This document shows, in pieces, positions 52,630 through 61,272 of a stretch of DNA of 64,000 bases. Both the position numbers and the translations under genes were made by a program. Each line of letters opens with the position of its first letter. Position 1 is the first letter of the stretch. The stretch lies in contig JBFMDU010000016.1 in assembly GCA_040753815.1 (NCBI GenBank), forward strand, positions 64,811 to 128,810. The letters run 5' to 3'. The DNA is from Chloroflexota bacterium (GTDB lineage: Bacteria; Chloroflexota; Dehalococcoidia; GIF9; JBFMDU01). The notes under the pieces are model-generated. The model was not told the DNA's origin, searched no databases, and saw nothing but the letters and a program-made list of their open reading frames with translations.

Positions 52630-52797
52630 GTGTGGGAAATTAGCTACTACGAGTCGCCCGATGGCAAACACCCGGTCAAAGACTATATCGATTCGCTTGA
52701 TGCTAAGTCGCAGGCCAAGGTCGCCCGCACCATCGACCTGCTTGAGGAATTCGGCATCAAACTGGGGATGCCCTATGCTAAGGAAGAAATAACATGA
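52630..52797 (+). pseudogene. Truncated HigB/RelE-like (Gp49/DUF891-type) toxin gene
   Basis: (M)WEISYYESPDGKHPVKDYIDSLDAKSQAKVARTIDLLEEFGIKLGMPYAKE matches the N-terminal half of Gp49-like HigB toxins. The ORF stops after ~55 aa, and the expected C-terminal half (LWELR...) is absent. The stop overlaps the antitoxin ATG. Confidence 0.55.
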
Positions 52798-53069
52798 CCT
52801 GGAAAGAGCACAAGAAACAGCTTCTGAAGAATCCCGAATTCCGAAAAGAATATATGGCACTTGAACCGGAATACCGCGTAGCCGCATCGGTTATTAAACT
52901 ACGCCTTTTAAGAGGTCTTACTCAAGAACAGCTAGCCAGACCGATTAAGACCAAGCAGTCAAGTATAGCCCGTCTTGAGAGCGGGACCTCACTCCCATCC
53001 CTGTCAATGCTTAGACGTGTTGCTGATGCGCTGGATGCAAAAGTCGAGGTAGAGCTTCAGCCTCGGTAA
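52794..53069 (+). CDS. XRE-family HTH antitoxin (HigA-like)
   Basis: 91 aa. IKLRLLRGLTQEQLARPIKTKQSSIARLESG is a classic Cro/C1 HTH. Confidence 0.8.
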   Translation: MTWKEHKKQLLKNPEFRKEYMALEPEYRVAASVIKLRLLRGLTQEQLARPIKTKQSSIARLESGTSLPSLSMLRRVADALDAKVEVELQPR

Positions 53070-53083
53070 CCGCCGAATGCTCC

Positions 53084-53236
53084 ATGTTCCAGCAGATGGG
53101 CGGCATCGGTCTGTCTTATACCGTCGTCTTCGCCATCTGGAGCGTGGTGATGCTGGCGACCATCCCCACGATATTCGCCATGCTGAAAAGCCCGAATGCA
53201 CCTGTAGCGGCCCGACCGCAGGTGACAGATACCTAA
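53084..53236 (+). pseudogene. Remnant copy of the 3' end of the upstream MFS gene
   Basis: It translates to MFQQMGGIGLSYTVVFAIWSVVMLATIPTIFAMLKSPNAPVAARPQVTDT. The end of the 51017-52417 gene reads MFRQMGG...GLSYTVVFALWGVVMLATIPAIFAMPASPDS. DNA similarity is obvious, with an internal ~50-nt gap. Confidence 0.7.
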
Positions 53237-53352
53237 TGTAGTGAACGATCTATAACGTCTCTACTCTTGAAAATAATTCGCCAAGCGAACTCTCTTTTGC
53301 TCGAAAACACGTACCGTGATTTCTTACATGAGTAGTTACATCGTAAAGTGCT

Positions 53353-54816
53353 ATGATGTCCTCAGAAGCATGGCCTCAGATTAACATAGGGGCAAGGCGT
53401 GAGATAATAATGAATAGTTCAGCGTTTGAGCAATTCTTGGAGCAACTAGCCAGATACCCATCAATGTGGGATTGTTTAGAGCTGAAAGCTGTTGGAGCCA
53501 CCAAGGGGGAATCTCTATTCTTGTTGGCCTTGTCATGCACTCTTTCCGTAGCGCTCCATCCAAGCCGGGAGGTACTTCTTGAGACACCAGAACTAATTAT
53601 GGTCAAGGAGATTAAGCCCTTGACTGAATTACGGAGCGTCCTAAATGGCTTGACTAGCGGGAGTGTGCTCATATCGGATAGACCGTTTGTGGCTGATGGC
53701 TTCACCGCATTTGAGTGCAGAATGTGGGGTGGTGGCGGTCAAGGATGGGTTGACACTACATACCCGTATGTTTTGCTTTACTCAACTGGGAAATCTGTGA
53801 GAGAACTTGTTGACGACTCTGCGATATATCGTAGTCTTGAGCAGTGGGGTTATCGCTACTTATGGGATGTCAGTCAAGAGAAGGTTGGCTTCCCAGTGGG
53901 CGGAGCCCATGTGAGCCACATCCGTTTCATAGCACCCATATATCTGGAAGCGAATGCAGCGTTTGTCGACAACCACCTGCGAATTGTACTGAAATGCTCG
54001 CCTTCTTTGAAGACGGAAGACCTGTCAGCGGGATACGAAATCACGCTGAACTATCTTGGGAATAGGCAAGTACAGCGTGGCAAGCTGGATTTCCTAGACG
54101 CTTCACGTCTTGAGGATGCTGTTAGCTTTACCCTAGTGAAAGAATTAGACCTTTTGCCTCAGGCAGAGTCGGTGTTTATTTGGCTCTTCCATAGCACCCA
54201 AAAAGACCCTCTATATGCGCTACGTGTCCTAAAGCCCACTACAGCAAAGACTAACCCGGTTTGGGGCGCTATGAATGTGGTGCTATCAAAACGCGAAGGA
54301 GGCCAGATACTCTATGCAGAAGAATTATTACGGAGGTCGCTTGGCCTTACTGCCAAGGGCACAGATTCAGGAAGGTTCGAGAGTGCAGTGCACAATCTGT
54401 TTGGTTGTCTAGGCTACAGTTGCATTTTTACCGGGCGGGAGTGGGGGACTGAGGGGATTGATACTTTGGCTTTTGGGCCTGGGCTGGATGATAAGGTACT
54501 GGCCGTAAGCGTCACAACTTCGAATAATATTGCTGAGAAAATCCGGACGATGCTGTTACAGTTAGAAAACCTCAAGCGCGGCATTGGGAACATCGCTGTA
54601 ATTCCTGTCATATGCGCCTCAATTACCTCTGATTGTGTGCTGCATAGCGACTGGGTAAATCTCAAAGCCCATAACATAAGCCTGTTGCTGTTACCACAGC
54701 TTCAACAAATACTGGATGATATTCTCAGGTTACCATTGCCGGAAGTGAGGAGGAAATGGGAATCAATGCTGGGGGACATGGAAACGCTTCACGGTAAACA
54801 TGACGAAGGAGCCTGA
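53353..54816 (+). CDS. Hypothetical protein with C-terminal degenerate Mrr/restriction-endonuclease-like domain
   Basis: 487 aa. The N-terminal ~340 aa are unrecognisable. The C-terminal FESAVHNLFGCLGYSCIFTGREWGTEGIDTLAF...VLAVSVTTSNN follows the Mrr_cat pattern (FE..v..ll..lGy...D.GiD...QxK), but the (E/Q)xK position reads SVT. Low GC. Confidence 0.5.
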   Translation: MMSSEAWPQINIGARREIIMNSSAFEQFLEQLARYPSMWDCLELKAVGATKGESLFLLALSCTLSVALHPSREVLLETPELIMVKEIKPLTELRSVLNGLTSGSVLISDRPFVADGFTAFECRMWGGGGQGWVDTTYPYVLLYSTGKSVRELVDDSAIYRSLEQWGYRYLWDVSQEKVGFPVGGAHVSHIRFIAPIYLEANAAFVDNHLRIVLKCSPSLKTEDLSAGYEITLNYLGNRQVQRGKLDFLDASRLEDAVSFTLVKELDLLPQAESVFIWLFHSTQKDPLYALRVLKPTTAKTNPVWGAMNVVLSKREGGQILYAEELLRRSLGLTAKGTDSGRFESAVHNLFGCLGYSCIFTGREWGTEGIDTLAFGPGLDDKVLAVSVTTSNNIAEKIRTMLLQLENLKRGIGNIAVIPVICASITSDCVLHSDWVNLKAHNISLLLLPQLQQILDDILRLPLPEVRRKWESMLGDMETLHGKHDEGA

Positions 54817-54821
54817 TAGCT

Positions 54822-55391
54822 ATGGGGGAAGAAACACATCTCGAAGAACTCATACGTAAAGGCGAAAATCAAACGCTTGAATTCAAGAAATCGCTAAGCC
54901 TCCAGCGTGAAGGTCTAGAGGCATTATGCGCGATGGTGAATTCTGATTCAGCTCGCGGGACAGTAATTTTTGGAATTGAGCCAGATGGAACCATCTGTGG
55001 AATTGAGCGGGGCAACCTCGGTACAGCCCAACGTTCGTTGTCGCAAGCCATTAGAAACAGAATCGAGCCTGCACTAGCCGCACAAATAGAGGTCAGAGAA
55101 CTGGATGGTCGGTATGTTCTAGTGCTTAGCGCGGTAAGACATCGGGGTATTCCTTACCACGAATATGATGGTCGAGCTTGGATACGGCAGGGTTCAGAGA
55201 ATCGTAAGCTGGACCTCGCTGAAAAACAGCGCCTTATGAAGAGTAGGGACCGGAATAATCATTCGGGACCGTGGAGATGCGACCGGTGTGGAAGTTGGGT
55301 CGGAGTATTGCACAGCTTTGAGCTGTCAGCCGAAGGAATGAAGAAGAATTACAAATGTCACTGTGGTGGTGAATTCTGGCCAGCCACATGA
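54822..55391 (+). CDS. AlbA_2 (Schlafen-type) domain protein with C-terminal zinc ribbon
   Basis: 189 aa. ENQTLEFKKSLSLQREGLEALCAMVNSDSARGTVIFGIEPDGTICGI matches the AlbA_2 signature. The C-terminus has CDRCGSW...CHCGG. Starts 5 nt after the upstream stop. Confidence 0.6.
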   Translation: MGEETHLEELIRKGENQTLEFKKSLSLQREGLEALCAMVNSDSARGTVIFGIEPDGTICGIERGNLGTAQRSLSQAIRNRIEPALAAQIEVRELDGRYVLVLSAVRHRGIPYHEYDGRAWIRQGSENRKLDLAEKQRLMKSRDRNNHSGPWRCDRCGSWVGVLHSFELSAEGMKKNYKCHCGGEFWPAT

Positions 55392-55416
55392 GCAGGAACT
55401 CTGATTACGACAAACT

Positions 55417-56427
55417 CTACTCTAGTTGTTCGGCAAATTCATACGAAATCAATTCGCCGTTCTTGGTCGCCAGGTAGCCAGCTTCCTTATGCGAGTATTC
55501 CGTAATCTGACTCGCATTAAGCTTGCTGAAGCGCTCGGCAACCCCCGCCATAATGCGAAGCTCGCTATTCGAGAATAATTTCAGGTCAGGCTGTTGTTTA
55601 GCCTTGACTATCTCGCCAATATAGCCGTTCGGATAAGGCTCTTCAAGAAGCTCAATCGCCCCACTGACTTGGAGAGAACCAAGGTACATTTCCCACTTGT
55701 CCGGCGCCGGGCCGAATGGCACGTGAGCGTACCTTGCGCCTGTTACCGGCAAAGCATATTCCTTAAAGTGCTTGAAATCAGCATAAAACAAAAGCTTGTT
55801 CAGCTTGGTCTTGAGAACCCCCTCGCGGCTGAAGAACAAAATCATGTTATAAAGCTTATGAAGATCAAGCTTCCTAAACCCGCTGAACTTATCCGGACTA
55901 TAGTCGCCGAAGTTAAGCAGAATGGCATTATCAATAGAGCATGTACCTGCAAGCGATTCCTGCAGGGATTGGAGCAGTCTGGCTTTCCTTTCCTGACTGA
56001 ATATACCCTCCGACTTTCGGACCAGCTCTGCCAGGTTTTCAGATTTCATAGCAAGCCGGAGCAGTTTATCATGGGACTCTTCCTGCAGTGACCCATTCTC
56101 ATAGCGGCTCAAAGTGGCGGTGCCAATGCCTGTTAATTTGGAAAGCTCACTCTGGGATAAATCAACGGCTTTGCGCCACGCACGTATTTCCTCGGGTTTG
56201 AGAAGACCGTGTTCTGCCCGGTACTGATTGTAGGCCAGGTTGAATGGGTCTCCAGCGGTTGACGGGTCCAAGACTTCATCACCACATTCTTTGCACTTGA
56301 GATATGGTACCTGGACTCTAAGTTGGTCTCTCTTTACCGTGATAACTTCTTCCTTGGACAGAACCTCGAATTCGGCTTTCTTCTCGCAATTCGAGCAGAG
56401 ACGGCGGATTTTCTTTCTATTTTCCAT
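55417..56427 (-). CDS. MqsA-like antitoxin (Zn-ribbon + HTH) fused to a DUF4065/Panacea (SocA/GepA-like) domain
   Basis: 336 aa. CSNCEKK...CKECGDE zinc ribbon and LSQSELSKLTGIGTATLSRYENG HTH, as in MqsA. The C-terminal half has LNKLLFYADFKHFKEYALPVTGARYAHVPFGPAP, typical of DUF4065. AGGAAG RBS. Confidence 0.7.
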   Translation of the reverse strand: MENRKKIRRLCSNCEKKAEFEVLSKEEVITVKRDQLRVQVPYLKCKECGDEVLDPSTAGDPFNLAYNQYRAEHGLLKPEEIRAWRKAVDLSQSELSKLTGIGTATLSRYENGSLQEESHDKLLRLAMKSENLAELVRKSEGIFSQERKARLLQSLQESLAGTCSIDNAILLNFGDYSPDKFSGFRKLDLHKLYNMILFFSREGVLKTKLNKLLFYADFKHFKEYALPVTGARYAHVPFGPAPDKWEMYLGSLQVSGAIELLEEPYPNGYIGEIVKAKQQPDLKLFSNSELRIMAGVAERFSKLNASQITEYSHKEAGYLATKNGELISYEFAEQLE

Positions 56428-56462
56428 CTTAATCTTCCTGCTGCTGATATTGCCGCCGCAGT

Positions 56463-56831
56463 CTATTTGAAAGGGTGCTTAAGCACTTGCTCGGCTTCAT
56501 GAAATGAGACGACTCTGACGGACCTGAGTTTGTCAAGAGTGGCGAGCTTCAGTTTTATATATGCCTCCTTGCCTGATATCGTCTTCCCGAAAATCCAGAC
56601 ATAGCCCTGCTGGTCGCGGTCGTCAACCGGACCCTCACAATAGTCCTCAATGGAAAGACCAAGGACCGTATCTTTAACATCGTCATAGTTGAACCCAAGC
56701 TGAGCGATGAACCGCAGGTTCTTCTCACGCTTCACAACTACCCATGAAACTAAACTACCTGGAGGGCTGGTAAGTACATCCTTCACTTCCTGAAGAAACC
56801 GGCGTACATCTTCTCGATTGGGATGTGTCAA
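56463..56831 (-). CDS. MqsR-family toxin
   Basis: DYCEGPVDD...YVWIFGKTISGKEAYIKLKL...VRVVSFHEAE aligns with E. coli MqsR (DFYKSMTTY...WQDVYRP...GQVYLKITV...LIVSFKEK). A TTG start at 56831 is preceded by GGAGGAG at 8-nt spacing. The longer ORF-track version (to 57071) runs through a REP-like repeat. Confidence 0.65.
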   Translation of the reverse strand: MTHPNREDVRRFLQEVKDVLTSPPGSLVSWVVVKREKNLRFIAQLGFNYDDVKDTVLGLSIEDYCEGPVDDRDQQGYVWIFGKTISGKEAYIKLKLATLDKLRSVRVVSFHEAEQVLKHPFK

Positions 56832-56967
56832 AACATGGCTCCTCCACCCTCCATATGATATAAGTATATCATTTGATATGTCAATGTCAAGATGACGCAT
56901 CGAATGATTTATTTCACGGATATGAGGTTGCCACGCTTCGCTCATATGACCGGGCGTGACTTCACTT

Positions 56968-57004
56968 CCACCCCACCAGATGCTTCGCTTCGCTCCAGCA
57001 TGAC
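56968..57004. repeat. REP-like element (half unit, inverted)
   Basis: CCACCCCACCAGATGCTTCGCTTCGCTCCAGCATGAC is the reverse complement of the GTCATGCTGGAGCGAAGCGAAGCATCTGGTGGGGTGG-type arm. Confidence 0.6.
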
Positions 57005-57098
57005 ATAAATACAACCCTTGTTGCCCATTCCTTCGTAAGCTATAATCACCTTGATTCACGAGCGGGCACACTCGCTATCTGAAAACGAAGGACTTGAC

Positions 57099-59540
57099 AT
57101 GGCTTCACCTTACAACCCTGTCGAAATCGAAAAGAAGTGGCAGGAACGCTGGGCGGCGGACCGGCTTTACGAGGTCTCCGAGGACTCGCCGAAACCGAAG
57201 TACTATGCCCTTACGATGTTCCCATACACTTCCGGGGACCTCCACATAGGGCACTGGTACGCCATGGCGCCTTCGGACGTCCAGGCGCGCTTCAAGCGGA
57301 TGCAGGGCTATAATGTCCTTCACCCGATGGGCTTCGACGCCTTCGGCCTGCCCGCTGAAAACGCCGCCATCAAGCACGGTATTCACCCGTATAAGTGGAC
57401 CATGGACAACGTCGAGAATATGCGGCGCCAGCTAAAAACAACAGGCGCCGTCTATGACTGGCGGCGTGAGGTCATCACCTGCCTCCCCGACTACTATAAA
57501 TGGACCCAGTGGCTCTTCCTCAAGCTCTATCACGTCGGGCTGGCTTACCGCGCCAATGCGCCGGTCAACTGGTGCCCGAAGTGCCAGACCGCCCTGGCCA
57601 ATGAGCAGGTGGCCGGAGAAGGCGTCTGCGACCGCTGTGAAACGCCGGTAATCAAGAAAGACCTGGAGCAGTGGTTCTTCCGCATTACAAGATATGCCGA
57701 AGAACTGCTCGATATGTCGCATATCGACTGGCCGGAAAAAATCAAGCTGATGCAGACCAACTGGATCGGTCGCTCCACCGGCGCCGATATCGATTTCCCG
57801 ATGGAGAAGCCAACGGCTGGCCAGAAGGCTATCCGCATATTCACCACCCGGCCGGATACCACCTTCGGCGTCACCTTCATGGTACTGGCACCGGAGCACG
57901 CACTTGTCCCCTATCTGACCACGCCGGAGCAGAAAGCCGAAGTCGAAGCCTACATTGCTAAGGCGCGCCGTGCCACCGAGGTCGAACGCACCACCGCCGA
58001 GCGTGAGAAGACCGGCGTCTTCACCGGCAGCTACTGCATCAACCCGGTCAACGGCGCGAAGGTGCCGGTATTTATCGCCGACTACGTCCTGCCCACTTAC
58101 GGCTACGGCGCAATTATGGCCGTACCCGCCCACGATACCCGCGACTTCGCCTTCGCTAAGAAGTTTAACCTGCCGATACCGGTGGTCATCTCTCCCCTAG
58201 ACTGGGACGGCCAGCCGCTGGCCGGGGCCTATACCGAAGAAGGCGTCATGGTCAACTCCGGCCCCTTCAACGGCATGCCCAGCCTGGAATGCCTTAAGAA
58301 AATACCCGCCTGGCTGGAAGAGAAGGGCTGGGGCAAGTATGCCGTCACCTACCGCCTGCGCGACTGGCTCGTTTCCCGCCAGCGCTACTGGGGCGCACCC
58401 ATTCCCATCGTCTATTGCGAAAAATGCGGCACGGTGCCGGTACCGGAGAAAGACCTGCCGGTGCTCCTGCCGCCGGATGCTGAGTTCAAGCCGACCGGCG
58501 AATCACCGCTCAAGTACCATAACGCCTTCGTCAACACCAGATGCCCGCAGTGCGGTGGGGCGGCCAGACGCGAGACCGATACTATGGATACTCACATGTG
58601 CTCGGCCTGGTACTACCTGCGCTATACCAGCCCCAAATACGACAAAGGCCCATTTGACCCCAAAGCCGGGAAATACTGGCTTCCAGTTGACCTCTATACC
58701 GGCGGTGCCGAGCACGCCGTAATGCACCTGCTCTACGCTCGCTTCTTCGCCCGGGCGCTCCGCGACCTCGGCCTGCTCGACTTTTCCGAACCATTCAAGA
58801 AGCTCTTCAACCAGGGCACCATCATCTACCAGAAGGCCAAGATGTCCAAGAGCAAGGGCAACGTGGTCAATCCCGATGACTACGTGAACACTATGGGCGC
58901 GGACACTATCAGGACTTACCTCATGTTTGTCGGCCCCTGGGAGCAGGGCGGCGAGTGGATGGACAACGGCATTATCGGCATGAACCGCTGGCTCCACCGC
59001 GTCTGGAACTTGATCGAGGAGCCTTACGCTGAAAAAGCCGTCAGTCCCGAAGCCGAAAAAGAGCTTCTACACCGGACCCACCAGACAATCAAGAAGGTCA
59101 GCGGCGATATCGAGCGCTTCCGCTTCAATACCATGCTGGCCTGCCTGATGGAGTTTACCAACCACCTGGCCGATGTCCGGGAGGCGGGAAGCGTGGCGCA
59201 GGCGTCATGGAAAAACGCTATCAGCACATTGCTCAAACTGCTGGCGCCGACAGCGCCGCACCTGACCGAAGAGCTGTGGCAGAGATTCGGCGGCCCGTAC
59301 AGCATCCATAACCAACCGTGGCCGTCCTGGGACGAAGGACTGGCCAGAGAAGAGGAAATCACCCTGGTGGTCCAGGTTAACGGCAAAGTGCGCGACCGCA
59401 TTAGTGTCCCGGCCACCGTCACCGAAGATGCCGCTACCGGACTCGCCATGGCCAGCGACCGCATCAAGCCCTATCTCAACAACCGGAAACCGAAGAAGGT
59501 CATTTACGTACCCGGAAAGCTGGTCAATATCGTCGTGTAA
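57099..59540 (+). CDS. leuS: Leucine--tRNA ligase
   Basis: 813 aa from MASPYNPVEIEKKWQERW. HIGH motif (SGDLHIGH), KMSKS motif and a CP1 editing domain. The ORF-track start at 57051 is an upstream extension. Confidence 0.97.
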   Translation: MASPYNPVEIEKKWQERWAADRLYEVSEDSPKPKYYALTMFPYTSGDLHIGHWYAMAPSDVQARFKRMQGYNVLHPMGFDAFGLPAENAAIKHGIHPYKWTMDNVENMRRQLKTTGAVYDWRREVITCLPDYYKWTQWLFLKLYHVGLAYRANAPVNWCPKCQTALANEQVAGEGVCDRCETPVIKKDLEQWFFRITRYAEELLDMSHIDWPEKIKLMQTNWIGRSTGADIDFPMEKPTAGQKAIRIFTTRPDTTFGVTFMVLAPEHALVPYLTTPEQKAEVEAYIAKARRATEVERTTAEREKTGVFTGSYCINPVNGAKVPVFIADYVLPTYGYGAIMAVPAHDTRDFAFAKKFNLPIPVVISPLDWDGQPLAGAYTEEGVMVNSGPFNGMPSLECLKKIPAWLEEKGWGKYAVTYRLRDWLVSRQRYWGAPIPIVYCEKCGTVPVPEKDLPVLLPPDAEFKPTGESPLKYHNAFVNTRCPQCGGAARRETDTMDTHMCSAWYYLRYTSPKYDKGPFDPKAGKYWLPVDLYTGGAEHAVMHLLYARFFARALRDLGLLDFSEPFKKLFNQGTIIYQKAKMSKSKGNVVNPDDYVNTMGADTIRTYLMFVGPWEQGGEWMDNGIIGMNRWLHRVWNLIEEPYAEKAVSPEAEKELLHRTHQTIKKVSGDIERFRFNTMLACLMEFTNHLADVREAGSVAQASWKNAISTLLKLLAPTAPHLTEELWQRFGGPYSIHNQPWPSWDEGLAREEEITLVVQVNGKVRDRISVPATVTEDAATGLAMASDRIKPYLNNRKPKKVIYVPGKLVNIVV

Positions 59541-60217
59541 TGATGCCAGGTGTGATGAATATCACGGCTAATCTGGCCCGGCTTAACGAGCGTGTTGCCC
59601 GGGCATGCGGCCGGTGCGGTCGTTCACCTTCGGAAGTCACCGTGGTGGCGGTCACCAAGACAGTGCCGGTGCCGGAGATACGGGCGGCGTTTAGCGCCGG
59701 AATAAGGCAGTTTGGTGAGAACAGAGTGCAGGAAGCCGAGACCAAGTTTGGCAGGCTAACCGACCTCAGAAAGGAAATCACCTGGCACATGGTCGGGCGG
59801 CTCCAGATGAACAAGGCGCGCAAGGCAGTAGAAATGTTCGACACCATCCAGAGCGTTGACTCGGCGCGCCTGGCCGAAGTTTTAAACCGGCGGGCGGGGG
59901 AAAGACTGCCCATCTTCCTGGAAGTAAATGTGTCCGGCGAGGCGACCAAGGGCGGTTTTGAGCCACATGATGTCGCCAAAGCGGTCAAAATCATCAACAC
60001 ACTGCCGAACCTGAAACTGCGCGGGCTGATGACCATCGCACCAATCGTCAGCGAGCCTGGAGAGGCACGTCCCTATTTCCGCCGTTTGCGGCAGTTACGG
60101 GACGACCTCGGCTTAAAAGAGCTGTCCATGGGCATGACCGACGATTTCGAGGCGGCCATTGAAGAAGGTGCTACCATAATACGAATCGGCCGCGCGATAT
60201 TTGGCGAACGCACTTAG
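59540..60217 (+). CDS. yggS: YggS family pyridoxal-phosphate homeostasis protein
   Basis: 225 aa. VVAVTKTVPV, FGENRVQEA and SMGMTDDFEAAIEEGATIIRIGRAIFG are YggS/PROSC hallmarks. The ATG overlaps the leuS stop (TAATG). Confidence 0.9.
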   Translation: MMPGVMNITANLARLNERVARACGRCGRSPSEVTVVAVTKTVPVPEIRAAFSAGIRQFGENRVQEAETKFGRLTDLRKEITWHMVGRLQMNKARKAVEMFDTIQSVDSARLAEVLNRRAGERLPIFLEVNVSGEATKGGFEPHDVAKAVKIINTLPNLKLRGLMTIAPIVSEPGEARPYFRRLRQLRDDLGLKELSMGMTDDFEAAIEEGATIIRIGRAIFGERT

Positions 60218-60223
60218 GGAGTC

Positions 60224-60277
60224 CGAGAGGGTGGTGCCCTCTCGAAAAATTATTTCCCCTTCCCTCGAGGGAAGGGG
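60224..60277. repeat. Pair of GC-rich intercistronic hairpins (type B CGAGAGGG/CCCTCTCG then type A CCCCTTCCCTC/GAGGGAAGGGG)
   Basis: An 8-bp stem at 60224-60244 and a perfect 22-nt palindrome at 60256-60277 lie between yggS and proC. The motif types match those at 11356-11408, in swapped order. Confidence 0.6.
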
Positions 60278-60293
60278 CAGGGGATAGGTGACT

Positions 60294-61097
60294 ATGAAAA
60301 TAGCTTTCATCGGAGCCGGGACCATGGGCGAAGCCATGATTAGAGGCCTTATCCGCAAGAAAGTATGCGCCCCCGGCGACATCACCATCTACGATGTAAA
60401 ACAGGCGCGACTGGATGCAGTCACCAAGAAGCACAAGGTGAAAGCCGCTGGGGCGGCAGAGAGAGCCATCGCCGGCGCTGACATCATTATCATTGCGGTG
60501 AAGCCGCAGGACATTAAGGGACTGCTTTCTGAGCTTAAAGACGAAATATCGCGGAGAGCTTTAGTCCTATCCATCGCCGCCGGTGTCACCCTTGACACTT
60601 TGACACAGGGACTGCGCCACCGTGCCGTGGTGCGCGCTATGCCGAATATGCCGGCGCAAATCGGCGAAGGCATGACTGTCTGGACAGCGACACCGGAGGT
60701 AACCAGAGAACAGAAGGAAGCAGTCTCCAAACTGCTCGGAGCGCTGGGCGAAGAACTCTATGTGGCCGGTGAGGACTATGTGGACATGGCCACGGCGCTA
60801 TCGGGGAGCGGACCAGCGTTCATTTTCCTGATGATTGAAGCGCTGACCGATGCCGGTGTCCATATCGGCCTGCCGCGGGCGGCTTCGGAGAAGTTGACCC
60901 TGCAAACGATAATCGGCTCCGCCGACGCGGTGAAGAAGACCGGTCGCCACCCGGCGGAACTGAAAAACCTGGTGACATCGCCCGGCGGCACGACTACCGA
61001 GGGGCTGAAACAGCTCGAAGGCGGCGGCATCCGGCATTTACTGTTACAGGCAGTAACGGCGGCCTATGAAAAGGCAAAGCATTTAGGGAAGAGGTAA
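60294..61097 (+). CDS. proC: Pyrroline-5-carboxylate reductase
   Basis: MKIAFIGAGTMGEAMI NADP-binding start, VKPQD, and C-terminal SPGGTT...L motifs. Confidence 0.9.
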   Translation: MKIAFIGAGTMGEAMIRGLIRKKVCAPGDITIYDVKQARLDAVTKKHKVKAAGAAERAIAGADIIIIAVKPQDIKGLLSELKDEISRRALVLSIAAGVTLDTLTQGLRHRAVVRAMPNMPAQIGEGMTVWTATPEVTREQKEAVSKLLGALGEELYVAGEDYVDMATALSGSGPAFIFLMIEALTDAGVHIGLPRAASEKLTLQTIIGSADAVKKTGRHPAELKNLVTSPGGTTTEGLKQLEGGGIRHLLLQAVTAAYEKAKHLGKR

Positions 61098-61107
61098 AGC
61101 CCCCCAA

Positions 61108-61260
61108 CCAGATTCCTCGGCAACGGCCTCGGAATGACATTCAGGATATTATGTCATCCCGAAATGCTTCTGCGTGTTATCCCGAACGTATGTGAGGGAT
61201 CTGGCGATGGGGCTTTTACCACCACACCAGATTCCGCTGGGGCGGTCTGCGGAAGGACAC
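61108..61260. repeat. REP-like elements (one right half + one full unit)
   Basis: CCAGATTCCTCGGCAACGGCCTCGGAATGAC, then GTCATCCCGAAATGC...GAGGGATCTGGCGATGGGG...CCAGATTCCGCTGGGGCGGTCTGCGGAAGGACAC. Confidence 0.65.
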
Positions 61261-61272
61261 ATGATAGGCGCT

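Noticed and set aside
56832-57071. N-terminal 80-codon extension of the MqsR-like ORF
   Set aside because: It runs through a REP-like repeat and into the leuS upstream region. The TTG at 56831 has a GGAGGAG RBS and yields a protein of MqsR-like size.
5097-61260. Possibility that the recurring ~30-90 nt repeats are a CRISPR array
   Set aside because: The copies are scattered over 56 kb in separate intergenic gaps, in both orientations. They are internally palindromic and lack regular repeat-spacer periodicity. No cas genes are present.
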